Assembly (NCBI GenBank): GCA_021432655.1
Contig: MU271333.1
Location: 1-64,000, forward strand
Length of the DNA: 64,000 bases
DNA from: Atractiella rhizophila
Lineage: Eukaryota
Direction of reading: 5' to 3'
Shown: positions 36,482-48,871 of the stretch, piece after piece
Layout of the letters: every line of letters begins with the position of its first letter
Numbering within the stretch: the stretch's first letter is position 1
Translations under genes and position numbers: made by a program
The notes under the pieces: generated by a model
Database searches by the model: none
Seen by the model: only the letters and a program-made list of their open reading frames with translations
What the model was told of the DNA's origin: nothing

Positions 36482-37355
36482 TCATTCATCAGTTTTGGGT
36501 TTTTCTACTTTTTTCACCACTTTAGCGGGAGTACCAACCGCGACACTGTATTCGGGAATGTCTTTGGAGACAATCGAACCAGCTCCAATTGTGCATCCCC
36601 TGCCTATGGTCACTCCAGGGAGGATGATAACCTGCAGTAGCGTACTCCAATTTAGCGTGTGCCCATGAAATCAAGAAGGATTGGGTTTAGGATCAAGAAA
36701 CTCACTCCTCCACCAATCCAACAATCATCTCCAATAGAAACTTCGTGGGCAAACTCTTCCCCCCTCCTCCTCGACTCAATGTCAACCTCGTGTCCTGCTG
36801 TATAAATGCTAACGTTTGGCCCAAACATAACCCGATCACCAATAGTGATCAGGCTGCAATCAAGCATAACGCAGCTGAAATCGTCGGAAATAGAAGAAAT
36901 GAGCATCGATTTGCTTGATTTGAGGGAAAGAAAGGAAAACGAACTTGAAATTTGCGTAAAATTGTTTCCCGACGCTGATATTGCATCCGTAGTCAACTTG
37001 GAGAGGAGGTTCGATAAACACCCCATCTCCAACTTTTCCAAAGAGGCCCTTGAGCTTTTCTGCCCGTTCAGAAACTAGGCTGTCCACCGTCGCGTCTTTT
37101 GCGATGGGAGAGAAGTTGTAATCCGCCAACAGGCGACGAGCGTGAAACCGCCCCTGAACGAGCTCGGGAACCATGGCATCATATCTGAAAAGTACGAATT
37201 TGAGTTTTGACACGAAACATAGTCTCAGAGGAGAGAGAAGGGACCCACAACATCCCAGAAATCATCTTTTCATAATCCTCACACCAGGGTACATTGTCAA
37301 ATCCCTTAGCAATAGAGATTAGCCGCTGATCTTTCGAGTTCTTCACGGATGGCAT
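36482..37355 (-). CDS. Maltose/galactoside O-acetyltransferase (hexapeptide-repeat family), multi-exon
   Basis: [50 protein letters not shown]...[12 protein letters not shown]...GTPAKVVK. Confidence 0.92.
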
Positions 37356-38638
37356 CTTGATCTTTGCATCCAATCCTACACCTGCTTTGCGATCACTGTG
37401 TCAGCTTGCCACAAAAACGGACGCTGGCGCGCAGCAGTGAGTCATGCATAATGGAGAAGTTGAGAAGTTGCATCATCAATCCCAATATTCTAGGCCGCTT
37501 TCAACCGCTGAGAAAGAAGCAAAACAGGCGGGGAGCGACGGACGGGTTCAATCCTCGCAATCCTGACTTCGGTTCGAGATCTAGATAAGCTTGTTCACGT
37601 CGGGCAGCGTCGGGTCAAGGAGGCATTACTTTATTTTTTTCGCGATGCCTATATGATGATCAGGACCAGGAGCAAAGACTGCAGGTCCACGTCTACCGCG
37701 GCTCCTAGGTTACGCGACACTGCAGCGTATTCGCGCTGTTCCTAAGCTGTTCCCACACGGCTAAGTCGTCGGTGAGGCGCGCGGGTATACAAACCTCCCC
37801 GTTCGAGTTTGGTTTGCCAGATGACCCCTTAATCCCCCACCTCGCTCTCCTAGGACACAGCACAACGAATGTATTTGCCTCAGAAAGGAATAACATCATG
37901 ATTTATTCATTTGTGCTGGCGTGGCTCATCCATAAATCTTGTACTTTTAAATCCAAGGCGCAAACACTTTTGCCTCGCTTCTCACTTCTCACAGGGCTGA
38001 GAAGATCAAAGCCGAATCTGTCTCTATCGTCTTCGGCTGGGCGAATCTTTGAATGAATCCCACAGTTGATCCCGCCATCCTCGTAGGGTGTCATGACAGA
38101 AGATTTCGGATCTCATCCCAAGCTGAGTTGACAACTCGATAATTCGTCCCGCCAAACAAAAAATGACCAGGGCGATTCCTTCCCCTTCAAGAACTGATGA
38201 TCTTTCATGACCATAATTCTTCCCGCGCTCATCCAGATCCACCAAACAGAAAGCTCCAGTTATGCACGATATCTCTTAGAACGAACCGTGCTCCAAAGCA
38301 AATCTTCAGCCAGTCAGCAGATGGAACCCGTCTCGGGCGTTGAAAATCCAGTCAAAAACTCAGATTGTGCTTGTGGTGCTGTTGCTCCAAGCTTCCCTTC
38401 CTTTGCACCGCACCAGAAGGCTCTCGACCGAGTTGTTGTCATGCCTCGAAGGGAATTCCAAGCATGTTGAGTTCCAACGACGGTCTCATCCGCTGAAAGT
38501 TTGCTGTGACGAACCGTGGGACGTAAACTTTCTTCTCCATGAGATACTCAGTTTTTAGCTCAACAGTTGGGTCCTGTTTTGACAAGGAAATAGATTATGA
38601 CTTCCAATATAGGAACATTTTACTCCACTCTTCCACAT

Positions 38639-40399
38639 CTAAAACCTCAAGCTGGACATGTCGGAGCGAACTGTTCCCAAAATCGTCGTCAGCATCCTGC
38701 ATGCGTTCACCATCGCACGAATGGGGAGAATCAAAGGGTACATCAAGGAAAAGGACGCACTTCTGACATAATCCAACATTCCTTCGATCCTGCCTGTTGC
38801 AGCAATAGCCAAATCACGATCCCACAAGTACTTCCTTGCAGCGAGCTCGACGTCCTTGGGGGTGACCTCATCGACCCTTCTTTCGATCTCTTCGACGGTC
38901 CATCTCCTTCCGGTGGTAACGATCTGCCTTCCAATCTCCTCAGCAACGCCAGTCGTTCCTCCTCCTCCTTCCCCACCGCCTCCGAGGAGGAGACCAGCCT
39001 TCAACATCCTCTTCGCTCGTTCGACCTCTGAGTCCTTCAAACTTCCCATTCCAGCCCTTTGCCACTCCTTCAACGTGGTGTGCACGACTTCATCCAATGC
39101 CGTGAAAGCCTGGGTGACGAGATAAATTCCGAACAAGCCGGTGTCGGAATAGGAGGTGGAGAAGGACATGAAGCTGTTCGCAAGCTGGTTCGTTGCGATT
39201 TGATGGCTCAGGGAGGAAGAAAGGTAGGGCGAGGCGGAGAGTGAACGATCCCAGTTGCCGAACACGCTCTGCAGGACGAGAAGAGGGAAATGGTCTGGAT
39301 GGTTCCATCCCACTCCTTCGACGGCGAGTGCAATGTTAGCAGTCGGAGCGAGGTCGTCTCTGATCCTGATCTCTGAGCCGACAAATTCGGTCTTCTTGTG
39401 GGAAGAGGAACCGAGCTTGATGGGATTCGGAGAAACAGGAAGGTTACTGAAATGTTTAGAGGCCAGAGAAACGAGTTCTTGGTGGGAGATACCACCGGTG
39501 CCGACGAGAACCATACGGTCAGAGGTGTAGTGAGTCTTGATGTATTCTTGTAGGTCGGCACGGGTGATAGACATGATGTTCGCACGCGGTCCGAGAATAG
39601 TTTGCCCAAGAGGTTGACCTAATGAACACAAGTGATACCAGAACAGTCAACCTGAGCTGTTTGAGACAATAACGCGAAAAAAACGAACCTTGGAAAGCGG
39701 TTGCATGTAAATGATCAAACACAACCTCCTCCATTTGCTTCTCCACCTCTTCCATCTCCCTCAGGATAACATCCCGTTCCCTCTCGATGCTCCCCTCCTC
39801 CAACTTGGAATTTTGAAGAATATCCGAGATGAGCTCCAGCATCGTCGGGACGTCTTTTGAGAAAGACTTGGCATAGTAAACGGTCTGTTCCCGGGATGTG
39901 TAAGCGTTCAAGTGGCCTCCAAGGTTCTCGACGAGCAGCTCGAGCGAGGTTTGTGGTCGAGTTGAGGTGCCTTTGAACGCCATATGCTCCCTACAACCGC
40001 AGTCATGTCAGATCATCCTTTCTCTCTCACCTCATCCGTACACTGCAGAAGAGGTTTGAAACTCACAGAAAGTGGGCAACGCCGTTGTTCTTCTCGTTCT
40101 CCGCTCTTGAACCAGCGTCAATCCACACCCCGACTGCAGCAACCACATCACTTTTGCTCCTTCTTCGGCACAAAATAACAACACATACCCGTGGCAGTCT
40201 TAGCACCCTTCCATTCCTCTGTGGCGACGGTAAGGCCAGAAGGGAGGGTAGTAATTTCCGTCACCGGCGAAGCAACGCCTCCAATGGCCGTGGCATAGTT
40301 CCTCGGGAGTTGAGGAGTCAAAACCCTGGCAGGTGCTGGGCGTAGGAACTTTCCTGCTGAAGAGGAGCGTAAAAGGGAGCGGGCGAGGGAAGGACGCAT
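38639..40399 (-). CDS. MAS1: Mitochondrial processing peptidase beta subunit, complete copy
   Basis: Arg/Ser-rich presequence, [13 protein letters not shown] zinc motif (split by an intron), [28 protein letters not shown]; last exon encodes [10 protein letters not shown]. Confidence 0.93.
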
Positions 40400-40553
40400 A
40401 TTGCGCTTGGTTGGTTGGAATGTGATTGGTTCGTGGTTTTTTGTCAGACGCCGAAAGCGCAGCATTTGGGCTTGGAGTACACGAACCACCACCTCAGTTC
40501 TTCATACTCCTCAATTCTCCACTTTCGTATTCTCTCCTCGAGAAATAATAAAA
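40400..40553. promoter_or_regulatory. Very short divergent intergenic region, likely bidirectional promoter (second copy at 43240-43392)
   Basis: Only 154 bp between the MAS1 ATG (minus, 40399) and the VMA3 ATG (plus, 40554). Confidence 0.7.
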
Positions 40554-41507
40554 ATGTCGTCTGATCTTTGTCCTGTATGTTCGCTTTCTCCCGTTTGAAC
40601 GAAGGAAATTGACGATGTGGAAGGTCTACGCCCCTTTCTTTGGTGTCATGGTACTCAGTCCTCTTCTACTTCGCACTGTCTTGCTAAATAGAATGGAAAT
40701 GTATAGGGCTGCACCTCCGCCATCGTCTTCACTTGTATGTATCTCCGCTGCGGCCTGTTCTTAGAAGAAAGTTCAAGTGGGTTGGGTATGAAGGTATGGG
40801 TGCTTCCTACGGAACATCCAAGTCCGGAGTTGGCATCAGCGCCATGGGAGTCCTTCGACCTGACCTCCTCATCAAATGTATTATCCCCGTTGTCATGGCT
40901 GGTATCATTGGTGTATGTATCCTACACTCACCTCTCCACCCTGCGGCTCATCGCGTAAACTTCTCCTTCAACTCGCGCTGTGTAGATCTGTGAGCCCATG
41001 TCTTCTTCTCTTGTGAATAGTACTGAATAATGCAAAATCACAAAGATGGACTCGTCGTCTCCGTTCTCATCTCTGGCCAAATCACATCCCCTATGTCTCT
41101 CTTCAAAGGTTTCATTCAACTCGGTGCAGGTCTGTCCGTCGGACTTGCAGGACTTGCAGCTGGATTCGCCATCGGTGTGTTCTTCCCATGTTGTTTCTTG
41201 TCTATTGTACTCAAGAGTAAGGTAGGCATCGTTGGTGACGCCGGGGTCAGGGGAACAGCTCAGCAGCCAAGGCTTTATGTCGGAATGATTTTGATCCTCA
41301 GTACGTCCTTCTCACCTACCTCCTTTGTTTGGGAAAGAATGGGGCATTGATATGTTCTGTCAGTTTTTGCGGAAGTTTTGGGTCTGTATGGTCTGATCGT
41401 CGCGCTCATCATCAACACGTCGGCCGGCGGTGCACCAGAGGTTTGTCCTCTCCCTACCTTCCTCTTTGCCTTCCTAATGAGACATCTGGTTGGCTAAACA
41501 GTGTTAA
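40554..41507 (+). CDS. VMA3: V-ATPase 16-kDa proteolipid subunit c, copy 1, multi-exon
   Basis: [70 protein letters not shown] (proton-binding Glu). Confidence 0.93.
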
Positions 41508-43239
41508 ACGTTGAGCCTGAAATGCCAACGCCAATAATAATGGAGAGTGTGTCGAACGAGCTCAGGAGAATCAAAGGGTACATCAAGGAAAAGGACGCAC
41601 TTCTGACATAATCCAACATTCCTTCGATCCTGCCTGTTGCAGCAATAGCCAAATCACGATCCCACAAGTACTTCCTTGCAGCGAGCTCGACGTCCTTGGG
41701 GGTGACCTCATCGACCCTTCTTTCGATCTCTTCGACGGTCCATCTCCTTCCGGTGGTGACGATCTGCCTTCCAATCTCTTCAGCAACGCCAGTCGTTCCT
41801 CCTCCTCCTTCCCCACCGCCTCCGAGGAGGAGACCAGCCTTCAACATCCTCTTCGCTCGTTCAACCTCTGAGTCCTTCAAACTTCCCATTCCAGCCCTTT
41901 GCCACTCCTTCAACGTGGTGTGTACGACTTCATCCAATGCCGTGAAAGCCTGGGTGACGAGATAAATTCCGAACAAGCCGGTGTCGGAATAGGAGGTGGA
42001 GAAGGACATGAAGCTGTTCGCAAGCTGGTTCGTTGCGATTTGATGGCTCAGAGAGGAAGATAGGTAGGGCGAGGCAGAGAGTGAACGATCCCAGTTGCCG
42101 AACACGCTCTGCAAGACTAGAAGAGGGAAATGGTCTGGGTGGTTCCATCCCACTCCCTCGACGGCGAGCGCAATGTTAGCAGTCGGCGCGAGGTCGTCTC
42201 TGATTCTGATCTCTGAACCGACAAACTCGGTCTTCTTGTGGGAAGAGGAACCGAGCTTGATGGGATTCGGAGAAACAGGGAGGTTACTGAAATGTTTAGA
42301 GGCCAGGGAAACGAGTTCTTGGTGGGAGATACCACCGGTGCCGACGAGAACCATACGGTCAGAGGTGTAGTGAGTCTTGATGTATTCTTGTAGGTCGGCA
42401 CGGGTGATAGACATGATGTTCGCACGCGGTCCGAGAATAGTTTGCCCAAGAGGTTGACCTAACGAACACAAGTGATACCAGAACAGTCAACCTGAGCTGT
42501 TTGAGACAATAACGCGAAAAAAACGAACCTTGGAAAGCGGTTGCATGTAAATGATCAAACACAACCTCCTCCATTTGCTTCTCCACCTCTTCCATCTCCC
42601 TCAGGATAACATCCCGTTCCCTCTCGATGCTCCCCTCCTCCAACTTGGAATTTTGAAGAATATCCGAGATGAGCTCCAGCATCGTCGGGACGTCTTTTGA
42701 GAAAGACTTGGCATAGTAAACGGTCTGTTCCCGGGACGTGTAAGCGTTCAAGTGCCCTCCAAGGTTCTCGACAAGCAGCTCGAGCGAGGTTTGTGGTCGA
42801 GTTGAGGTGCCTTTGAACGCCATATGCTCCCTACAACCGCAGTCATGTCAGATCATCCTTTCTCTCACACCTCATCCGTACACTGCAGAAGAGGTTTGAA
42901 ACTCACAGAAAGTGGGCAACACCGTTGTTCTTCTCGTTCTCCGCTCTTGAACCAGCGTCAATCCACACCCCGACTGCAGCAACCACATCACTTTTGCTCC
43001 TTCTTCGGCACAAAATAACAACACATACCCGTGGCAGTCTTAGCACCCTTCCATTCCTCTGTGGCGACGGTAAGGCCAGAAGGGAGGGTAGTAATTTCCG
43101 TCACCGGCGAAGCAACGCCTCCAATGGCCGTGGCATAGTTCCTCGGGAGTTGAGGAGTCAAAACCCTGGCAGGTGCTGGGCGTAGGACCTTTCCTGCTGA
43201 AGAGGAGCGTAAAAGGGAGCGGGCGAGGGAAGGACGCAT
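41494..43239 (-). CDS. MAS1: Mitochondrial processing peptidase beta subunit, duplicate lacking the last exon (altered C-terminus or pseudogene)
   Basis: Protein essentially identical to copy 1 up to LDYVR. The junction removes the last splice acceptor and exon; read-through stops at 41494. Confidence 0.8.
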
Positions 43240-43392
43240 ATTGCGCTTGGTGGTTGGAATGTGATTGGTTCGTGGTTTTTTGTCAGACGCCGAAAGCGCA
43301 GCATTTGGGCTTGGAGTACACGAACCACCACCTCAGTTCTTCATACTCCTCAATTCTCCACTTTCGTATTCTCTCCTCGAGAAATAATAAAA

Positions 43393-44346
43393 ATGTCGTC
43401 TGATCTTTGTCCTGTATGTTCGCTTTCTCCCGTTTGAACGAACGAAACTGACGATGTGGAAGGTCTACGCCCCTTTCTTTGGTGTCATGGTACTCAGTCC
43501 TCTTCTACTTCGCACTGTCTTGCTAAATAGAATGGAAATGTATAGGGCTGCACCTCCGCCATCGTCTTCACTTGTATGTATCTCCGCTGCGGCCTGTTCT
43601 TAGAAGAGAGTTCAAGTGGGTTGGGTATGAAGGTATGGGTGCTTCCTACGGAACATCCAAGTCCGGAGTTGGTATCAGCGCCATGGGAGTCCTTCGACCT
43701 GACCTCCTCATCAAATGTATTATCCCCGTTGTCATGGCTGGTATCATTGGTGTATGTATCCTACACTCACCTCTCCACCCTGCGGCTCATCGCGTAAACT
43801 TCTCCTTCAACTCGCGCTGTGTAGATCTGTGAGCCCATGTCTTCTTCTCTTGTGAATAGTACTGAATAATGCAAAATCACAAAGATGGACTCGTCGTCTC
43901 CGTTCTCATCTCTGGCCAAATCACATCCCCTATGTCTCTCTTCAAAGGTTTCATTCAACTCGGTGCAGGTCTGTCCGTCGGACTTGCAGGACTTGCAGCT
44001 GGATTCGCCATCGGTGTGTTCTTCCCATGTTGTTTCTTGTCTATTGTACTCAAGAGTAAGGTAGGCATCGTTGGTGACGCCGGGGTCAGGGGAACAGCTC
44101 AGCAGCCAAGGCTTTATGTCGGAATGATTTTGATCCTCAGTACGTCCTTCTCACCTACCTCCTTTGTTTGGGAAAGAATGGGGCATTGATATGTTCTGTC
44201 AGTTTTTGCGGAAGTTTTGGGTCTGTATGGTCTGATCGTCGCGCTCATCATCAACACGTCGGCCGGCGGTGCACCAGAGGTTTGTCCTCTCCCTACCTTC
44301 CTCTTTGCCTTCCTAATGAGACATCTGGTTGGCTAAACAGTGTTAA
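43393..44346 (+). CDS. VMA3: V-ATPase 16-kDa proteolipid subunit c, copy 2 (retains native downstream sequence)
   Basis: Same exon structure and protein as 40554-41507. Confidence 0.93.
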
Positions 44347-44659
44347 ACGTTGAGCCTGAAATGCCAACGCCAATAATAATGGAGAGTGTGTCGAACGAGC
44401 TCATATCACTCGCCTCGTCGCCAGGCTATCAATTCATGGCTGGCTTCCCCGCTCTCACCTGAACGATCAATCTTTTCGTATACATACTACGTTTTGATAA
44501 ATCAATGCATTTCACCTATTTTATTCTGCGTCACTTCTCTTTGGTCTGCGCTTATACCGCCTTTGGTCCCTATGCCGTGTGACTCGTGAGACGCTTTCCG
44601 AAACCCATGTAAGTTGGACTGGAGGTCGATGCTATGATTAATGAGTTGAGTTTAAACTG

Positions 44660-45785
44660 TCAAGCATTGATAGCAATTCCTCCGTCCTTTTCCCACCTCG
44701 TCAAAATCTCCTCCGCCCTCTCTTCAACCCATCTGAACGAACCCCACCTACCCCATCCCTCCATGAACCTGTACCAATCGACCACCATAAGCTCCCAATG
44801 AAACTTGAGCCTTTCTTGTTTGTACTCGATATTAGGGTTCTTCTCCAGCAGGATGGAGAGGTAATAATCGAGTAAGTTGTCTACAGACGAAAGAACTGAC
44901 AAGGAGGCAGTCGTACAGAGAAAGTAGACAAGGTCGCGGGTCGGAAGAGAGAGACCAACATATTGGAAGTCGTACATGGCGCAGGTTGGACTGGGGTCGG
45001 ATGAGGGAGAGAAAAGGATGTTTTCGCCTTTTGGATCGCCGTGGACTAGCGTTCCATAGTTCTTGCTTTCTTCCTTGATGATTTTATCGAGCTGCGTGAT
45101 ATTATCATGTGAAGAAGCGAAGAGTATTAGAGAAGTAACGGACTGGTTCTACCCATTTGAGTAAGAGTTTATTACGGACGCCTTTCAGCTCGCTTTTCCT
45201 TGTGTCTAAATACCAATATCCACCTTGCGTCCACACTCCTCCAGTTTGTTCACCTCCGTTGTTGTATTCAAGGGGCGGCCTAATCTTCGCGGCCTCCTTC
45301 GCTGGGTTACTCCAAAAAGTGGCATGGAAGCAAGCCAACCATCTCAACGCCACCAGCGTTTGTTCCAGATCAAACTCGTACAGACTCTCAGGGAAAGAGA
45401 CACTCAAATCCTCCATCAGCAACTCGATGTTTCCTTCCTTAGACCGTGTGGAAGAATAACACTTTGCGATATTGCAATCACCAGCCTCGGCGTGGAGAGA
45501 TAATTCGGGAGCAAGGTGAGCGTAGAACCAGCTCTCGACTTCGTACGAGAGAAGTTTTCGCAAGTGGCTCTCGTCCGCCTTCTTTCCCTTGGCAGGAGGG
45601 GGAGACACCCGTTTGAGAATTAGACTGAGAGAAGGCGAGAATACAAGACGAGCGATCGATCCATAATTTGACCAGAGTGAGGATAAGACATAGGTCTGTG
45701 TCAATTTATAGGTCGAGAGAGAGGGAATAGTAGACGTTATGGATTGAATAGCAGGATCGGGTGAGCGGCCAAATTTTGAACTCAT
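44660..45785 (-). CDS. Ecdysteroid kinase-like (EcKL / APH-choline kinase fold) phosphotransferase, two exons
   Basis: LWSNYG, SYEVESWFY, LLMEDL, WLACFHATFW, LVHGDPKGENILF, YDFQYVG. Confidence 0.85.
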
Positions 45786-46568
45786 GGTCTACAACAGGAG
45801 AATCAGTCAAGATAAAGAGTATGTCAACGGAGTAATGTATTGTAAGTCGAGTTGAATGCCAATTTAAAGTCAGAAAATTGAAGAGCTGTCGCGTAAAATC
45901 ACATCCCAATTGTTACGAACCCGAGCAAGTCATTGAGGCCAGAAACTCGAAAACTGAACTCTCAGAGTCGAATGCATCAAGACGTCGAGACAATAAGTCC
46001 TCAAACATTGTGCTTTCATGCACTGGTAAAACCGCATACTTGAGAGCTTCTGTTTCGACATAAACATCTAAGGTCGCCTGCGGGTGCTTGGGCTGGAGCG
46101 AATATCAAGTTCCAGACACAGACTGTGATTTGAACTCTGACGCTATATTGACATCCGTGATATACGAAATCTTGGAGGCGACGTTGTGATTAGAAGGACA
46201 ATAAGCCCCAGTATAGTATGCTTATGAGATAATGGAGTTGGCACCTACCAGTTCCCTCTCCGCGTCTCTGATTGCGACCACTGGCGATACCGCGCGACAG
46301 GTTACGCAGAGAAGGGAGGAGCGTATTACAGCGTAATCATAATCTAGTCACGCGGTTGAGTGCTGGGAGTCTTATTATAATTCTTTGTAAATGTCTTTTA
46401 CGCAAAGGAATCACATTGGACAAAATTTAGACAAGCAACAAGCACATCTCACCGAAACGACGAAAAGCACTTCCTTGAACACAAAGGAGAAGATAAAACT
46501 TCGGACAATCCGGAACGATTAATGTAAATGTGGACATTGAAACCAGATATGTGAACAAGAATGACCGC

Positions 46569-48360
46569 TTATTCCGCCTTTTTGTCTGTCTCGCCCCTGA
46601 CCGCTCTCTTCGTATCAACAAGTGCCCAACACGTAGCTCTGGCGACAATTTGTGCCCTGATTCCAGCTTCCAACCCGACGACAAGAGCACCGATCCAGTC
46701 AACTGGGAGCTTGGAACCGAGGGTGGTGAAAGTGTCGATGAACATGGAGAGTGTAATGATGTTCGACACCACAGCTGGAGATGAAGGTGTAACAAGGTAG
46801 AGGGCGGCGACAGAAAGTGGAAGCGGCGCCTGTAAGCATTGATGAGCAAAAGTATACAAGGCATGGATGGTGAAGGGAAGAGCGTACGTTAAGTGTGATA
46901 AAGGGGATGATTGACTGGTATCCTTTGTACAAAGGCTCTGGTCTCAGCATCGGAACATGGAGGAGAGGTAACTCGAACAACTTTGCTGTTCCTGACACGT
47001 TCTGGGGAGGAGCGAGAATTTCGACCGCATGTTCTCTGAAGAAGTTTTCCAAGAAAAATCTGTAAGAGACGTAGGACAAGAAGGTGGAAATCGCCAGTCC
47101 AAGAGCGGGAGCAAGTAGCTGTGACAGCAGCTCTTCAGGCTTAATCAACCGGTTAAAGAACTTTTTGCCACGACGGGGAGGCGGCACGTTAGGTGAAAGG
47201 TAGTTGGAATGGAATGGGACTAGATACGCCGCAGCAGAGAGCGCGAGAGCTAGGGAGACCACATGCGAAGCTCGATGGTAGACCAACGTGTTGGTTTGAA
47301 CCAAATAGTGGGAGTGAAGGAATAGGTCGATAGATGCGGAGGGAAGCGAGAGGAGGAGCGCGATCGCAACTACATCGTGATCATGGTCAGTCTCATGATA
47401 ACAGCTGAGATAACAGTAGGGTGGAGCGTGGAGCAGTCTCATTGGGGAAATCTCTATGGCGCGTTAAGTATTGAAAGAGGAAAGGAACAAACATCGAGGG
47501 CAGATAAAAATACCACCTCCCGTGTCTGCATAGGTACTCAGCCAGTATTTGAAGAGCATTGAGAATGTTTGATGATTATAATAATATGACCTATAGTAGT
47601 CTTATTGAAGGGTGAATATTTTCCTTGGAATCAAGGTACTTTCATAGTCAGCTGTTTGCGTGTAGGTCTTTCGGCACAACGAGATTGTCACCCACTCCCA
47701 TCTCCACGAAGGTAGAAGTAGACTGATCTTTGGGGAAAATTCTGTCACTGATCTAGGCATTATATTCTGGTTCCGTGATCCACACAAGTCAATATAATAA
47801 TAGGTGTGTTTTAACTGATGGAAGAGATCACGAAACAATGCCAATATCACCATTGAAACTTATTTCCCACTGAGGATGTCTTATTCTGTGCCTGCTCTAG
47901 GACGCGCCTAAATGCAAAGACAGAGAGGAGCTTGCCAATGACATCATGCAAAAGTTTCGCTTCACTCCCATAACATTTCAAGGAATGGAGACGACGTACC
48001 GGGTCCAGCTTCACCGTTCGCCCATCTGAACGTCCATTCTCCCAGTGCAACTAGGAACAGCCCTTGCAATCCCGTAAAAGCTACCTGCGAGTACGCGCTT
48101 GGTGGAAGAAAGAATTTATCGATACCCGTTCTCACGGCGGTGAGAGGAATATGTTCCTATGGTCATGTTGGGCTCGATCGGTTGAAGAAAAGTGACACTC
48201 ACCTGCGCGAAAATCCACTGGGTCGAGTAGAAGATCAGCAGCGAGCTGGCAAATGCCTACCCCAAAGAGTTCAGATTCGTGCCATAGAAAAAGAATAGCG
48301 CACAGCATAGATTCTGTGATTGCTCAACGGCTGACCGAAGATTTGGTACAAAACACTCAT
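46569..48360 (-). CDS. Multi-exon membrane protein of unknown function
   Basis: Hydrophobic ORF segments 46699..47442 and 46569..46859 joined by an apparent intron; further GT/AG-bounded hydrophobic exons up to about 48360. The 5' structure is uncertain. Confidence 0.5.
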
Positions 48361-48871
48361 GGCGTCGTGGATGGAATTCGTTGTCGTCGTTTAGTTGGCG
48401 GGGCGGACATAAAGACACACGTGACTTCAAAACACGCTATTGAGAATGTGCACGCATTCTAGTTGAACCTGTTGGATCTCAGGAATTAAACAGCCAGTTT
48501 GAGAGCTCGAGGAGTTAGCAAGTCTCATGGTTGGAGACATGTGTGAGGTCAGGGGTACAGGGACTTGATTGAAAGAAGTTTAACTTTATTTCAATCGAGG
48601 CACATCTTTGTGTGGTGGTTGGAAGGTGGAAGAGTCTGGAGGAGCTGCAAAACTGACTGAGGCCTGAGGATTAACGGTGGCAGCGTTTCTCCCAGTCCTA
48701 GAGGCACGGTATTCACCAGTTATGGCTCTTGGATGCACTTTTACTGTGCAGTGGAAAGCGAAGTTTCTATTCGCAGTCTCAAATTATAACGACTTGCTTG
48801 CTTCAACTGTCTGTTGCGCGCCGAAATACCAAAAAGTTGCGAATAGTTCTTAGATCATGAGCTACACTTGC

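Larger units (their letters stand above)
38725..44403. repeat. Direct tandem duplication, units 38725-41564 and 41565-44403, about 99% identical
   Basis: Sequences match at offset 2840 (2839 after a 1-bp intergenic indel). Junction reads GAACGAGCTCA|GGAGAATCAAAG at 41564/41565. Confidence 0.97.
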
